The position numbers and the translations under genes are program-made. From positions 8,618,001 through 8,682,000 of the forward strand of contig CP075495.1 in assembly GCA_021613535.1 (NCBI GenBank): a stretch of DNA of 64,000 nt, in the 5' to 3' direction. Below are positions 28,064 through 41,100 of this stretch, piece by piece. The DNA comes from Adineta vaga (lineage: Eukaryota; Animalia; Rotifera). The notes beneath the pieces are model-generated. The model was not told the DNA's origin and ran no database searches. It saw only the letters and a list, made by a program, of their open reading frames with translations. The stretch's first letter is position 1; the number at the start of each line of letters is the position of its first letter.

Positions 28064-28386
28064 TCTTTCTTGAAAATATATCTAGAAAAATTGAATTAAA
28101 CCGATAAAATTTATGAATATTTTTATAACACTAATGATAATGAATAATATTATTTTCTTCTGCATTCAGGAGACAAGACCACAATATTCCAATCATTGTT
28201 TAGCATGATTATTTTTTGTATAAAAGCGACACAATCAGCGTCATCTATATTTATTTTTATACTACACTGACATCACTGGAATGGATGAAATTGGGCTCAA
28301 TATGATTGTTACTTTATTTCTTACTTACTTTACTTGCCAATGCCAAGTTTCGAAATCGAAATCGAAATATTATTTTAGATTTGAAA

Positions 28387-28934
28387 ATGCCACATAGATA
28401 TCATCGTGATGATAAATCATCACATTACGATAAAGCAAAACAAAATATTCGACAAGCATTCAATAAATCATCCAAAGATGTTGATACTACAAGAAATAGA
28501 TTCAATATTAATCTTTATGAAAATGATCGACAAGAACGTATTAATGATATTGTTGATGATGAAGATTTAATGGTTGAACGACAACCACAATTCAGTGGTT
28601 CTGAGAAAACGTCAAGAATTATTGAAGCAAATGATCGACGTCATGATGCAGTTATATTTGGTGATAAAACAACTGAAGGTAAGTTTTTCCATTAGTCATA
28701 TGAAGAAATAATCATTTATTTTGTGTTGTTTTTTAAATAAATGTAGAACAACAAAAAAATCAACTATGGGATAGTTTTAAACAATCATCGAAATATGCGA
28801 CTACGTCTCTGGCTGGTCCTCTCTTATTAGAAGATCTTGAAAATAAACAATTACGATGGAAAACGAAAATGCGTGATCTATGGACTGAACAATATGGTAC
28901 AAAAATGAATACAGAGACAGAGTCTGTTAAATAA
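28387..28934 (+). CDS. RSRC1/SRrp53 C-terminal-domain-like protein lacking an RS domain
   Basis: Two exons (intron 28679-28747). RHDAVIFG and SLAGPLLLEDLENKQLRWKTKMRDL resemble the RSRC1-family C-terminus from memory. Confidence 0.5.
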
Positions 28935-29254
28935 CTGTTTTCTTGTATATCGAAAATTGTACATGTCAGATTAATAAAGAAAGATTTTGTTAACGTCTAT
29001 AGAAGTCTCTATCAATACTAACGCCCATTCACACATATGCACATACATAAGTGATTAGATTTTTCCTTTTTCTCCGATATATATTTGAAGTTTGTCCAGA
29101 TTTTCTCGTGTCCTTCTCTTTTTTCTCTCTCTCTTGGTTGATGTGACATATTCCATTGTTATTTTTGGGCATTTGTTCTACGTGTATGCAAGGTCCTCAA
29201 AGATTTCGTTCTTATTGTTCAAACAAATATACTTGATTCTTTTGCATTTTTCAG

Positions 29255-29970
29255 ATGTCATCATCCGAATATTATTGTGTACCAGGTGATCGTCTAGTCC
29301 ATGTGATCGTGCAATTTCTGGTCCTGGAACATATGAAAAACAGAATTGTATCTATGCAAGTATTGCCGGAACTATTCAACTTCAATTATTCGATTCATCA
29401 TCAACAAATCCAGATAAAAAACCGACTATATCTGTCGTACGTCAAGATCGTTCTCTAGCTGTTCCTTCTGTTGGTTCATTAGCTTATTGTAAAGTAACCA
29501 ATGTTACATCACGATTTGTACGTTGTTTAATTTTTGCTATTAATAATCAACCATTAAAAACACCATGTCATGGACGAATAACACGAGAGAATATTGAAAG
29601 TTTGAATAAAGATTCGGTTGTTTGCAGTACAAAATTTCGACCCGATGATATTGTACTTGCACGTAAGTGACTTTCTATTGAAAATCGAGAATGATATTTA
29701 ATTTTTTTGTAGGAATTATATCGTTGGGTGATGCGAATGCATATTTATTAAGTACAGCCGAAGAAAATCTCGGTGTAATTGCTGCTCGTTCAGTGGCTGG
29801 TAAGTTTAGATTATTACAGAACGAAAATTGAATTTGTTGAAATTTTAGGTGAAAAACTTGTACCCATTTCTGATTGTCAAATGATGTGTCCAATGACAAA
29901 CACTAGTGAACCACGCAAAGTAGCTAAAATTCAATCAGATCTAACCGAAGAAATCATAAAACTTAATTAA
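29255..29970 (+). CDS. EXOSC1: Exosome complex component CSL4/EXOSC1, with an apparent 1-nt frameshift at ~29295
   Basis: YCVPGDRL in one frame, then GPGTY...IYASIAG, VPSVGS...KVT, FRPDDIVLAR, LSTAEENLGV, MMCP...EPRKVAK in another frame. Confidence 0.88.
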
Positions 29971-30549
29971 AAGCAACTTTCTTTTGCTATATGCTGTGTT
30001 TGTGTGTAAACAAAAACAAATAGAAACTATTAAAGTGAATTCTGATTTCTCTTTCATTTACTTCAGTTACAGGAGTTATTGATATATCTTCTGATGAACT
30101 TCACTACTACTATTAAGATCATTGTAATGTTATCAAAAGTTTTGTTTTTTATAATGAATTGAACAAGATATGATTCTTTCATACAATGAGTATATATTTT
30201 GTTCCTTTTTTTTGCCAAACAAATGAAATTCATCATAGAAGATATGTATGTTGATAAAGTTTATTTGTTTTTTCTCTCTTTTCTTTTCTAAACTTTGTTT
30301 GACTGTGTGTATTTCTAAAAGAGAAAGTAAGAGAATAATAATGAACGAATATCTCATATACACACGTGAAAGAGAGAAAAAGGAAGAAAGAGAAGGTCGA
30401 AGAAATCAAGTATAACAACAATAACAAAAGTAATAATAATAATAAACAGAAATAAACAATATCTTTGCTTTTGAGAGAGTTGATAATCTTTGATGATAAT
30501 AATCATGATGATGAAGAAGAAAAACGAGAGAAAATAAAAAAAATTCTTT

Positions 30550-31869
30550 TCATAGTTGATAGATAACTTTATTGCCGCCAGCTGTACTTTTCTTTTTATT
30601 CATCATATTTGTTGTTGATGTTGTTGCTGTTGTTGTACTTGTTTCTTGATTATGAAGCTATTTTATAATAAATTAAATCAATCAATTTTTACTAATCAAT
30701 TTTTATCTATTTACTTCGAATAAAATATGAATTTGTCGTGGAATATTAATTAATTCACGCAAACGTCGTCTGAAAAATATAAATGTTTGATAATCACAAA
30801 GTAGAAACAAATATTTTACCCAATACGAAAGATAAGTTGTTGATCATGATGAACTGATGTCCAAAGTGCAATACGATCACAACTTTTACGAGCTGAAAGA
30901 ACTACACCATTAACATAATTTGTATCTTGAGCATATTGACCACCAATAAGAGCTAACATCTAATTCATATATGATTATTAAATAAATTCTCGTTAAAAGA
31001 AAAGAAAACTTACTGAAGCAAGCCAACAAACATCAAGATTAAGATAGACCTGTTCTGGTTTTGAAAAATAAAGAACCCAACGTCCACCGCTAGAATTTTG
31101 TGGATCTTCCCAACATGGTAAAATTGAACTTTTAAATAACATATAATCACAACTTGGTGGTAAACGTGAAGCCACACGTAGATGATTGAAGAGTCTAAAT
31201 CAAGAAAAGATCGAAGATTTTGACCACATGAATTGAATTGCAAAGTTGGAATATAAAATATCGTATATATCCGAATACTTTTTAGATGTTCATGAAATGA
31301 AGGAGAACGTATGTCTAGTTAGATTCACACAATTATCCAACTATGAACAATGTATGGAATTGATTGAAACAATGTGTTATTCATCCATGCACAAGTACTG
31401 AAATTTTGTTAAACTTACGCCCAAAATTCTTCGACATAACCGAAGGATGCTAATTTCATAAGATTTTCTTGCCAATCTTTTCCTTGTTGATTTTTTAAAT
31501 ACCAAAACGACCATTGATGTTCCAATGGATGTATTAATTCAATTTGTTTATTCATTAAAATAAGTGGCATCGGTGATTCATTTGATTCCATTGTTGAACC
31601 ATTCGATGACGATGATAAAAGTGGTCCATCTTTTCGTTCACCATGAATTAATAATTTTTTTTCCAATAAATTCGTAATGTTCGTCGGTTTAACAGTATTT
31701 AATTGAATTTGTTCAGCTAAAACAAGAATTTAGAAAATTTGAATAAGGTTGTCTTTTTCATTATTATTTACATACAATTATCGTTTATTTGAATAATATT
31801 TTCTTTGATATCGTCAAGTAATTCATTAACAATATTTGTTGTTGTAGATTCTGTAATAAGATTTGTCAT
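30550..31869 (-). CDS. EIF4E: Translation initiation factor eIF4E (class I-like) with N-terminal extension
   Basis: HPLEHQWSFWY, KDWQENL, VEEFW, DYMLFK, PCWED...GGRW, NGVVLSARKSCDRIALWT. Six exons. Confidence 0.9.
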
Positions 31870-32288
31870 TTTTTTTAAATATGTTATTTGTTTTTACAAG
31901 ATATATATTTAAATACAAACGTCCGACGTGTGTATGTATGTTTATAAAAGAAACTTCTCAGCTAAGCTAACTATATGGATAACAATACCTCGAATCTAGT
32001 TGTGATTCATTATCTAATGATACCGCGCATGTTATGGATTTCATTAAAAATAACTTGAAATAATGAATAAAATAAGAATTTATTTCGAAAAAAATCTCTA
32101 AAGAAAGAAATTACTTTTTTACTTTTATTCAAGATAAATTAGAATGGAAGATGCATTAGTGCGTTATTGTATTTAAGGTTAAGTTTTTTATTGGATAAAT
32201 AACAATCATTTCTTTGTGTTAAATCAATCAATAATCGAATCGAATCTGAAATACTCCCTACCTATTAAGTAAGGAAGGATATAGTACA

Positions 32289-33131
32289 ATGTATCGATTT
32301 TATATCAATTGTGAAAATTGGAAACCAACACGTGATGAATGGATTCAAGCGACACGTTGTATTACACAGATTGAATTGGAACGTATCGATAAATTTGTCT
32401 TTCAACGTGATGCAAAATTTGCGCTTGCTGGACAATTATTAATTCGTTATCTTCTTGCTCAAGCACTTCAACGGAAAAGTTCATCATTTGAAATTCAACG
32501 TACTGAATATGGCCGACCTTTTATCAATTCATTGGAAAAATTTGATTTTAATCTTTCTCATCATTATCATTTAGTTTGTATTGCTGGTACATTCAATGGT
32601 TTAATTGGTTGCGATACGATGGAATATCGGGTTAATACTCCTCAAAAAGAATCTATTGAATCAGTAACAAATTTACTTCGACGAGAATTTACTGATAATG
32701 AATATAATTTCATATTAAATAAATCGAAAGATGAAAAAATTCGTTTTAATCATTTTTATCGTTTATGGTGTTTAAAAGAAAGTTATGTCAAATGGTTAGG
32801 TTGTGGTATTGGATATCAATTATCTAGAATGAATTTTTGTATTAACACCGATGTATTCGATGAGAGTAATACTAAGCAAGTTCTATCTGATACAAAGTTG
32901 GAATTAGATAATAAATTAGTTGATAATGATCTTCGATTCGATGAACAAATTATTTCATTGTCGAATAATGAACAACAAATAATTGCATTATGTTTATCAA
33001 ATAAAGACAGTTGTCAACCATTTGTTGAATTAACTATGGAGGAAATATTGAAAGGTTGTTCACCATTGGATGAAACGAAACAAGGTGATGAGACGTGGTG
33101 GAATAGATTTAATACGAAAAAATTAAGATAA
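32289..33131 (+). CDS. AASDHPPT: Sfp-type 4'-phosphopantetheinyl transferase (AASDHPPT/Lys5)
   Basis: ERIDKFVFQRDAKFALAGQLLIR, RTEYGRP, FNLSHH, IGCD, FYRLWCLKESYVKWLGCG. Intronless. Confidence 0.9.
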   Translation: MYRFYINCENWKPTRDEWIQATRCITQIELERIDKFVFQRDAKFALAGQLLIRYLLAQALQRKSSSFEIQRTEYGRPFINSLEKFDFNLSHHYHLVCIAGTFNGLIGCDTMEYRVNTPQKESIESVTNLLRREFTDNEYNFILNKSKDEKIRFNHFYRLWCLKESYVKWLGCGIGYQLSRMNFCINTDVFDESNTKQVLSDTKLELDNKLVDNDLRFDEQIISLSNNEQQIIALCLSNKDSCQPFVELTMEEILKGCSPLDETKQGDETWWNRFNTKKLR

Positions 33132-34015
33132 TTGTTTACGGTAATTGATTTCAAATATTCTTTAATCTCTTTTAGGTGATCGAACATAATAATTCATTGT
33201 GCTTTCTATTAAGTATTGAACTCATCAAGCATATTAGATTTTTGTTCATAAACATGATTGATGGTTATTTTACACATTCGTATATAATCAATAATTCATA
33301 TTTTCATAAATGTCTTTCAATTTGTTATTAACGATACTAATATATTCAAGATGTTAAATTTGTTTTTAATCTATTTTGTTAATCACAGTAGTGCTACTAA
33401 CAACTCTAAACTTCGAAGTTTTTTTCTATAAATAAAAATATATCAATAAGTATCATGATCGTTTGTTTTTCTTTTGTGAAAAGTTTTCAATCGACCTTGG
33501 AAAATCTTCCCGATATCTAATGATTTTCAGCAGTAATTTAGTTGCGACAAATGATTATAATTGATTTCCTATTGCTGCCCGTAAGAGATTAAATAGAGGA
33601 AATTAGAAGAAACTATCGAGTCCATACGTACTTACCTCGCAAATGTTCAAGTCACTAACTAAAATACGTAAACTGCGAACTTAATCTGTGTATGTAATCA
33701 GTTGACGTCTATATCGTTATAGATAGCTGCTTTCTGAATCGTTAATCAATCGATTCGGAGAATTTGGAAAAACTATGTCAGTTACTATAAAGATATCGAG
33801 AATTTGTATACTGTTAAATTCAAAAAACAATAATGATAAAAAAAACATACGAATGAGATACAAAAAAAAAGAAGCTGAATAACAACAAATCACAGGATTT
33901 GTATAAAAAAGGTTATGCTCATTATAACTCTGTCAGATCTACTGAATGACGAGATGAAAAAAAAATGACCCGTATCATTCGATTGGCAGTATTAAAAATG
34001 AAAACAAAATGGTGA

Positions 34016-34718
34016 TTAAACTTCATCGGAATGATCTTGAATTCTTTGTAGGCGATCTTTTTTTGGTTTTATTGAATGATGATCTGTATTTCTTGGTGAT
34101 TTTCGTCGTGTTTCTGTTGTAGTTGAATGACGTTTTGATCTAGTATGTGTTGGTCGTGAGACGTGTGAATGTTTCGTTCGATGATGGGAATGATGTTCGT
34201 TTGATATTACATGTGGTATTCGTTTTCGATTATTTGAAGAAGAACGAGTAGTAGTAGTAGTAGTAGATGGTTTGATGTCATTTTTAGTTTTATTATTATT
34301 ATCAAGCTTTGTGTCTGATGACGAGGAAGAGGCAAGTTGAACCGAACGATGTTTAGTGCTACTTCGATCACTCCTTGACTTCGCTGTTGCATGATTGGTA
34401 GCAGATGATGATATTCGATTGGAAGTAGATTTTCTGTTGGATATACCGTTCGTATTTCGATGTTCCGGTGTCGTATTTTCCATGATTATGTCTGGTTTTT
34501 TATCTTTCTTTTGGAGTACATTTGCAATAACATCATTTTTGTTAGTTGATTTCCTTGACTTGTGTGTTGGCGGACTGTCGTTGACGTTGCTATTAACTTC
34601 ACGGATGGAAACGCTCGTTGGTTTTCCCGATTGTTTTTTCTTCAATAACTTGCTTGATGAATCTTTAATGAATACTTCATCATTATCATCCTCTTCCATT
34701 TCATTGACACTTAATCCT

Positions 34719-34749
<31 letters not shown>

Positions 34750-36185
34750 CATCTGTACCTGTTTCAGTTTCATCGATGTGCGTATCAGCGTTCGGTTTTG
34801 TTATCGGCGATATTGGTGTTTCTATATGACCTAGATCACTACTCAATACTAAAAATTTTTTACATGTACATCGATATAATAATCTACGAATTAGAAACCA
34901 TGAATTGCTTTCGATAATTGCAAATGCGAAACATTGTAGTATAATACTGGATAATCGTAATAGAAAACAGATTTTAACTTTCATTGTAAATGTTTCCTTG
35001 TTTGTAGTAAAACGTGTAAATATACCATGAGCTATCGAAACAAAATAAAATGGAAATGAAAAGAATACATTCAATAAAAGAAATAGAACGTATAATAATG
35101 TCATATGATTAGTAGATTTGATCTTTGCTCGTTTATTTACACAACATGTTGGTGTAAAGAATTTATAGAATACAGAAATAACCATTGATTTTAGAATTAA
35201 TATAATCAAAATTGTAAATAAAATAATGAATAATATTTTAAATACCGATGACAATCGTCCATCAATTGAACATCGATATGGTGATGTTGTTAGTTTTTTA
35301 CTAAGATCATTAAATATTGATGGAGCAATATCGCCAACTTTATTTGTTATAGATTTTAAACTGAATTTTTTCTTTAATATCAATATTGCTGTAATCGCTG
35401 CAATAAAAATCAACCAAATTGTAATTAGAATTGCTTGAATAACATAAGCTTTTGTAAATAAGTTTGTTATTGTTGTTTTGCAAAGTTTCGACATTCGTTC
35501 AAGAGAAAGAAAAAGTAAAGCGAAGTGCATCACTGGTATTGTTATATACATACCTAAAATAGATAGAGAATAAAGTTTCGGTGTGATATCGATTTTGAAA
35601 CTTTCGAAAGAAAAACTTAATTCAATCAAAAAAATCATAAATAAACAAACCGTAATTCGCAAAATCACATATAACACTATTCAATTGAAAATTTTGTGCC
35701 ACATTGATCATTGACAATAAAATATAGATCAAATATAATAATTCACATAGAAAGATATGAAAAAAAATCATTTTTACACCCATTGTTTCACTTGATTTCT
35801 TTTTTGCACGTATAAATATCGTTATAATTGTTGGTAGAATAGATAAGATCGCAATTGTCCATAAACATAAAACAGCTACTTCAAAATAAACATCTTCTGC
35901 TGTTCGTGGACTAAATAATGAATCATAAAAACCTTTCGGATATGTTTCATTTTCTTTTGATGAAAATACATTCGGTAGTAAAGTTTTTGTTTTATTCATT
36001 AATTTATCAAAACCTGTTCGATTCTTTGCAATATCTGTATAATTATGATATTTATCACGCATATGATGATATGTATCATTGGAAATGAGACGTTCACGAA
36101 TCGATGATGTGACATTTGTTTTGAGATTTTGTTTGATTTTACTTTTGAAATAACCACGAATCGATGGTCGAGATTCGGATGACAT
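34016..36185 (-). CDS. Orphan rhodopsin-like 7TM receptor with a long disordered C-tail
   Basis: Two exons (intron 35554-35650). TM1-2, ICDFANYG, LSLER (DRY equivalent), ECL2 Cys (YRCSID), FFSFPFY (TM6), about 280-aa acidic then basic tail. Confidence 0.75.
34717..34750. repeat. (TTCACT)n hexamer microsatellite encoding ESESESESE
   Basis: Direct inspection. Confidence 0.8.
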
Positions 36186-38131
36186 TAATGAAAAGGAAAG
36201 TTCTTGTTCACGGCTAGTTTTGATCTACTTAAGTAAATAAAAAAAAGGAAAAATATTTGTATATTTTGACTCATAATTATCGAAAAGAGATATACAGCTG
36301 AAAAATTTTCTCAGATAAAATATATCCTTTTGTATTCGATCATCTATCGTAAGTTACGATTGAGTACAATAGTGATTATCACAAGAGAAAATAGTATGTA
36401 ATCATACGTGTGAAGGTAAAAGTAAAGTAATAATTGTATTGTTGATTTAATCGAAATTGTTTTTCTTTCGTTTCGATTCTATTCAAGATGAAGAAGTCTG
36501 GTTTCTTTCAAGAATATCTATAGATAAGATGTTTGTGATCGCTGAAGATAAATACTATACCACTTGATTTGTCGAGTGTTGGGTAATACTTGACTCAGGG
36601 ATGATTTTTCTTTCTCTCTCCCCCTCTCTCTCTTCCCTTTACGTTTCTCTCGTTTTCAACATCTTTTCTTTCTTCAAATTCTTTTCTTTCGGCATCTGAT
36701 TTCGTCTCTTTCATTCGTAATTCTCATTTTCTTTTTCTTTTTATTCAACTTATATTGCATTTCTTTTGACCTTGAAGATTCTTGTACCATACAGACGACA
36801 TATCCAGAGAAATATATATACACTACGTAGACAAAAAAGAAAAGAATTCAAAGAATCACGCATAAAAAATGACAGCATGAAGAATGCTATAGTCGATTTT
36901 ATGATCATAGTATACAAGAATGTTTTGAAACGAAATGTGATATAAACGGAGTTTTTCCCTTCCTTACTTCGATGTCAACAGGATCACTATCGAATTAAGC
37001 AATATTCAATAATGACACAAATTTCGTTCTTCGTCCTTCATTATCAATACGAAGCATTGCTTTATCTGGCATAATCTCTATTTCTCTTTCACAATCGATA
37101 CATTGTCTAAAAATTTTTTTTTTGTATTTTCAAAGAATATAATCATTATGACTAATTCATCATACATTGTACAGGGAAGATGGAATGTGATCCGTTTTTT
37201 TATTATCAAATACCTACATTAAATATAGACAGGATGAAATTGTATGCAACTGTTGAAGTTTATACTTTAATTTATGTGAAATCTTTCAAGTGATATCAGT
37301 TAAAAATGTCCTTAGCGAAATAATTATATTAAGAAAAAAACATGTCTAATTCAACTATTTCTTGTCTTTTTTTAGCATCCTTTTCTTTTATTTATTTAAG
37401 CGTATGGTGTCGTCATAACGAGAAGACATCTCACTATGAAAAAATGCCCCAAGATGAACTTGAAAATTTATTTTGAATAGAACTATTTACTGTTGTTGAG
37501 TCATGTAAATGTTATGTCATTTTAAACATTCTTTTTCTATTGATTGCGTACGGTTCGCCATTTTCTTTGCAATAATTAAGTCAATTTATGCAAGATCATT
37601 TCTCAAGGTCGTTATTCATGTATACAATTAAAATTGTTTTCAATGATTGTATTTAACTGAATGAGAGTATATGAATATTCGAAAAGAACATTCATAGATA
37701 TGTATAACTTTATATTTAATATGACGTCATTTTGTATAGGCTATATCTAAGATATTCATGATTGTATTTGATATTCACGTAATTGAAGTAAAATATTAAT
37801 GAATATGTAATCTTTTTGTATAATACAGATTATGAATCAACTCCATAGTATTGAAGAACGAAGAAAAGCACGCTCTAGTATTAACAACGACATCTAGTTT
37901 GATAGTTTTGCTTGAGATTTGATTTTCAAGAAATTCCGAATCTGTTTGTCAATCATAAACCATTAGTTTTACTAAAACATTGAAATGGATTCATCGTTTA
38001 GACAATATTCACTATCGAGGTTGTACCTTAGATATTTCACTTTTTGATGGCAATTTTGTGTATCTTTCACTAAAATAAACACGCGGACGGGCAATTGACA
38101 AATCAGTTTTTAGATGAAATAACTTGACATC

Positions 38132-41100
38132 ATGTCATTGATTCGTATCAATCGTCCTAAACCACCAATCAATGTAAGAATGCATCTAAAAACTTAACTT
38201 CAATTTCCTTTGAAAAATAACTCTTTTCTTATAGATTTTGGATAAACGCATTCCACAAAATCCAAGATACAAAAATGTTCAACCAACTGTTGATACAGGT
38301 TTTTCATCAATTTTCTCTGTAAAGATGAAATTTTTTGTTTTATTTTCTCAGGAGATAGTCAAACCAACGTCTTGAAACGAAATGAAGAATTACGAGGATG
38401 TAAGTTAATTGAATCGAGCTCATCTTTAAATATTGTTTATTAAAGAAATATATAATATGAAAGAGAAAAGTTTCATTTCATAAGTAATTTAATACTCATA
38501 TTTTATTAATACCATGAGCAATTCTTAAAGATAATTTGATGAAATTTTTATTATAAAATATTAATGGAGAACCAAAATTCCTGACATTTTCGTAAAAGAA
38601 CCGTTGATACTCCAAACAAGGTCATTTTCAGTTGATTCTATCTGACTTTTTCTGCTTAGATGGAAGAAAGTTTCATTTTTCAAGGACAGAACAGTGTCAT
38701 ACTGGATTAGTTTTAAAACAAAATTATTCGAAGAATTCGATTTTTATGTCATTTGTATTCGCAAGCACTGTAAGGCTAACATTGAAGATTCTTTTTTTAT
38801 GTTGAAAAGAATAGTTCTAATTAGATTTTATTTAAAATCTTCTTTCATTAGACCATAAAGTTATTCGAGTCATTCCCGAGAGATTAACTCAGATAAAAAA
38901 AAACATGTTTTCAACTTAGTCATCATGTCTTGTACTTGAATTTTAATCTATTTTCATAGTACTTCATTGATGATAATGTAGATAGTAGAATATATAAATA
39001 GACAACTCGTACTTTTATATGCTTCATATCGAAGCTTCCTTTTTTGTTATCATAGGAAATCTTAACATACAACTTTCTTCATAACTTGTGTGAAACTTCA
39101 AAAATCAATTCTAACAATATCTTGATTTAGAACGGAACTGTCTGAACATATCGGACATTCTCTTTTCAATTTCATGAGGAAAGACTATGTTTCCAGTTTA
39201 TTTATCGCTTCATACAACAAATATATATATATATATAGAAGCTTAATTAATAATGTTCCTACATTTATGTTAGTAATATCATTCTGTCAAAGCGCATTTA
39301 CACTATTCTAGATCTCTACCTAAATATATTTAATTGCTTCGAAAAGCTTTGTATATGTTAATTCTAACATCCGGTGATAGAAAAGCTTCAGTAGTTTAAT
39401 AATAAAAAAAAAACTAACTTTTGCTTATCTGAGAACATTTTCATCGACATATTATTGTTTTCTATTGTCAAATGAGGAAATAGTAGAAGATATCATTAAC
39501 ATAATATTGTTTCTACTCTTACAAAGAACAGTAGTCAATACATACTCAGTACCGCTATTTATATTTCTTTTTCATAATCGATAATTAAGATTCAATGAGT
39601 TGTCTTGATTTAACATGCAAAAAAACATTACTAAAAAATCTAGATAATAGAATCGATTAAATTTCGCTTCATTTATATTAATTCATGCACAAAGTTTTGA
39701 ATAAATAAGCCAAATTTAATAATAGTTTAAAGAAATTGTTTAGAATCCTTGTTGGCTCATTAATTATGCATGAATTTATATTCCATGAACTGTATCATAT
39801 TTTATCGATTTATTTTTACATCAAATATATCATGATCTTTCAAGAAGATTTAATTACACATACCATACTAAATTATTTATTAAATTACCACTAATCATAG
39901 TTAAAAGGACAAAAACATTCTTATTTGATTCTTATATACTCTACCACCTGAAAGTTCTATTTAAAAAAACATAATATACAAGATTTTGTTTGTTAGAAAC
40001 TATTTTTATCTGCACGAAAATTTCAAAGTTTCTATAATTGGTAATAGAATATTAGGATTTAATGAGTAGAGGTTTGTTCGACTTTAATTTCAAATAAAAT
40101 TTTGATAGATTTATATCTTAAAAGTTCTTTTTTCAGGTTACTACTATATTTTTGTCAAATAATTTGATCATATTGCGAACATCTTCTTTGAATTACTTTG
40201 TCATTTAATCTGATAAATATTTCTATAAAAACGTCAAAATTTCATAAATATATTTGACGATTTCAGTCAAACTAAAATCTCTATTGTAAATACTAGTCAA
40301 TTAAAGGAAATCTCTTATTTTTTTCCCATTAAATAAATGATTGTAATTAGAGGTATGAAGAACATATGTTCAATTAACGTCGATTTTGTTTTTGTCCGTA
40401 TAGATTCAAAACCACAAGCAGGAGAATTATTCAAACGAATGAAGATTTCAACTCTTGTAAAATTGGTTTGTAGAATCAATCGTTACGAGCAAAAAAGAAC
40501 AATTTTAGTTTGAAATATTTTCAGATCACTCAAGTTGCGGAAATAAATTGTTTAGAAGACGGTAATTGAATAATGAAATTTGAACAAAGAAAATGAGTTT
40601 ATTGTTCTATCAATAGATTCAAGAGCATCGACAAGTACAGATCGACCGGAAACACACGATAGTCAGATGAGTGCTGAAACAACACGATCAACTTTACAGA
40701 GGTTAATTTCTTATTAATTTTCAATGAGAAATTACCTTCGATCGATTTATAGTGTTATTCGTGGTGTGGGTGAAATGGATGTTTATAGAAGCTATATGAA
40801 TCAAGATTCGACAACACCAAAAATACCCAAAACACCAAAGACACCCAATAGTGAATATCTTGATTTAGATTTTGATGAACGTCCTTATCTTATCGTGGAT
40901 CTTCGTGATATTGATGAATATAATACTAATCATATTGTATCAGGTAGCGTTTTCTAATATACATATATATCAAAATTATTCATCATAGCCTTCTTCATTC
41001 ATCTAGCTCATCATTATCCTGCTGCTATGCTTTCACGTTGCTCAAATAATGAATCCAAAGAATTACTTATCTATGTAATCTTTTTTTCTTAATTTAATTA

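Noticed and set aside
32289-33131. PPTase as a bacterial horizontal transfer
   Set aside because: Motifs (FVFQRDAKFALAGQLLIR, WCLKESYVK) resemble animal AASDHPPT; lack of introns alone is not evidence.
34016-35677. 553-aa ORF as a standalone gene
   Set aside because: Its first ~41 codons are intron or out-of-frame sequence; it splices to the 35651-36185 exon.
36990-37215. Possible two-exon minus-strand fragment (YLIIKKRITFHLPCTIQCIDCEREIEIMPDKAMLRIDNEGRRTKFVSLLNIA*)
   Set aside because: No convincing start or upstream exon and no recognisable family; could be chance or a pseudogene relic.
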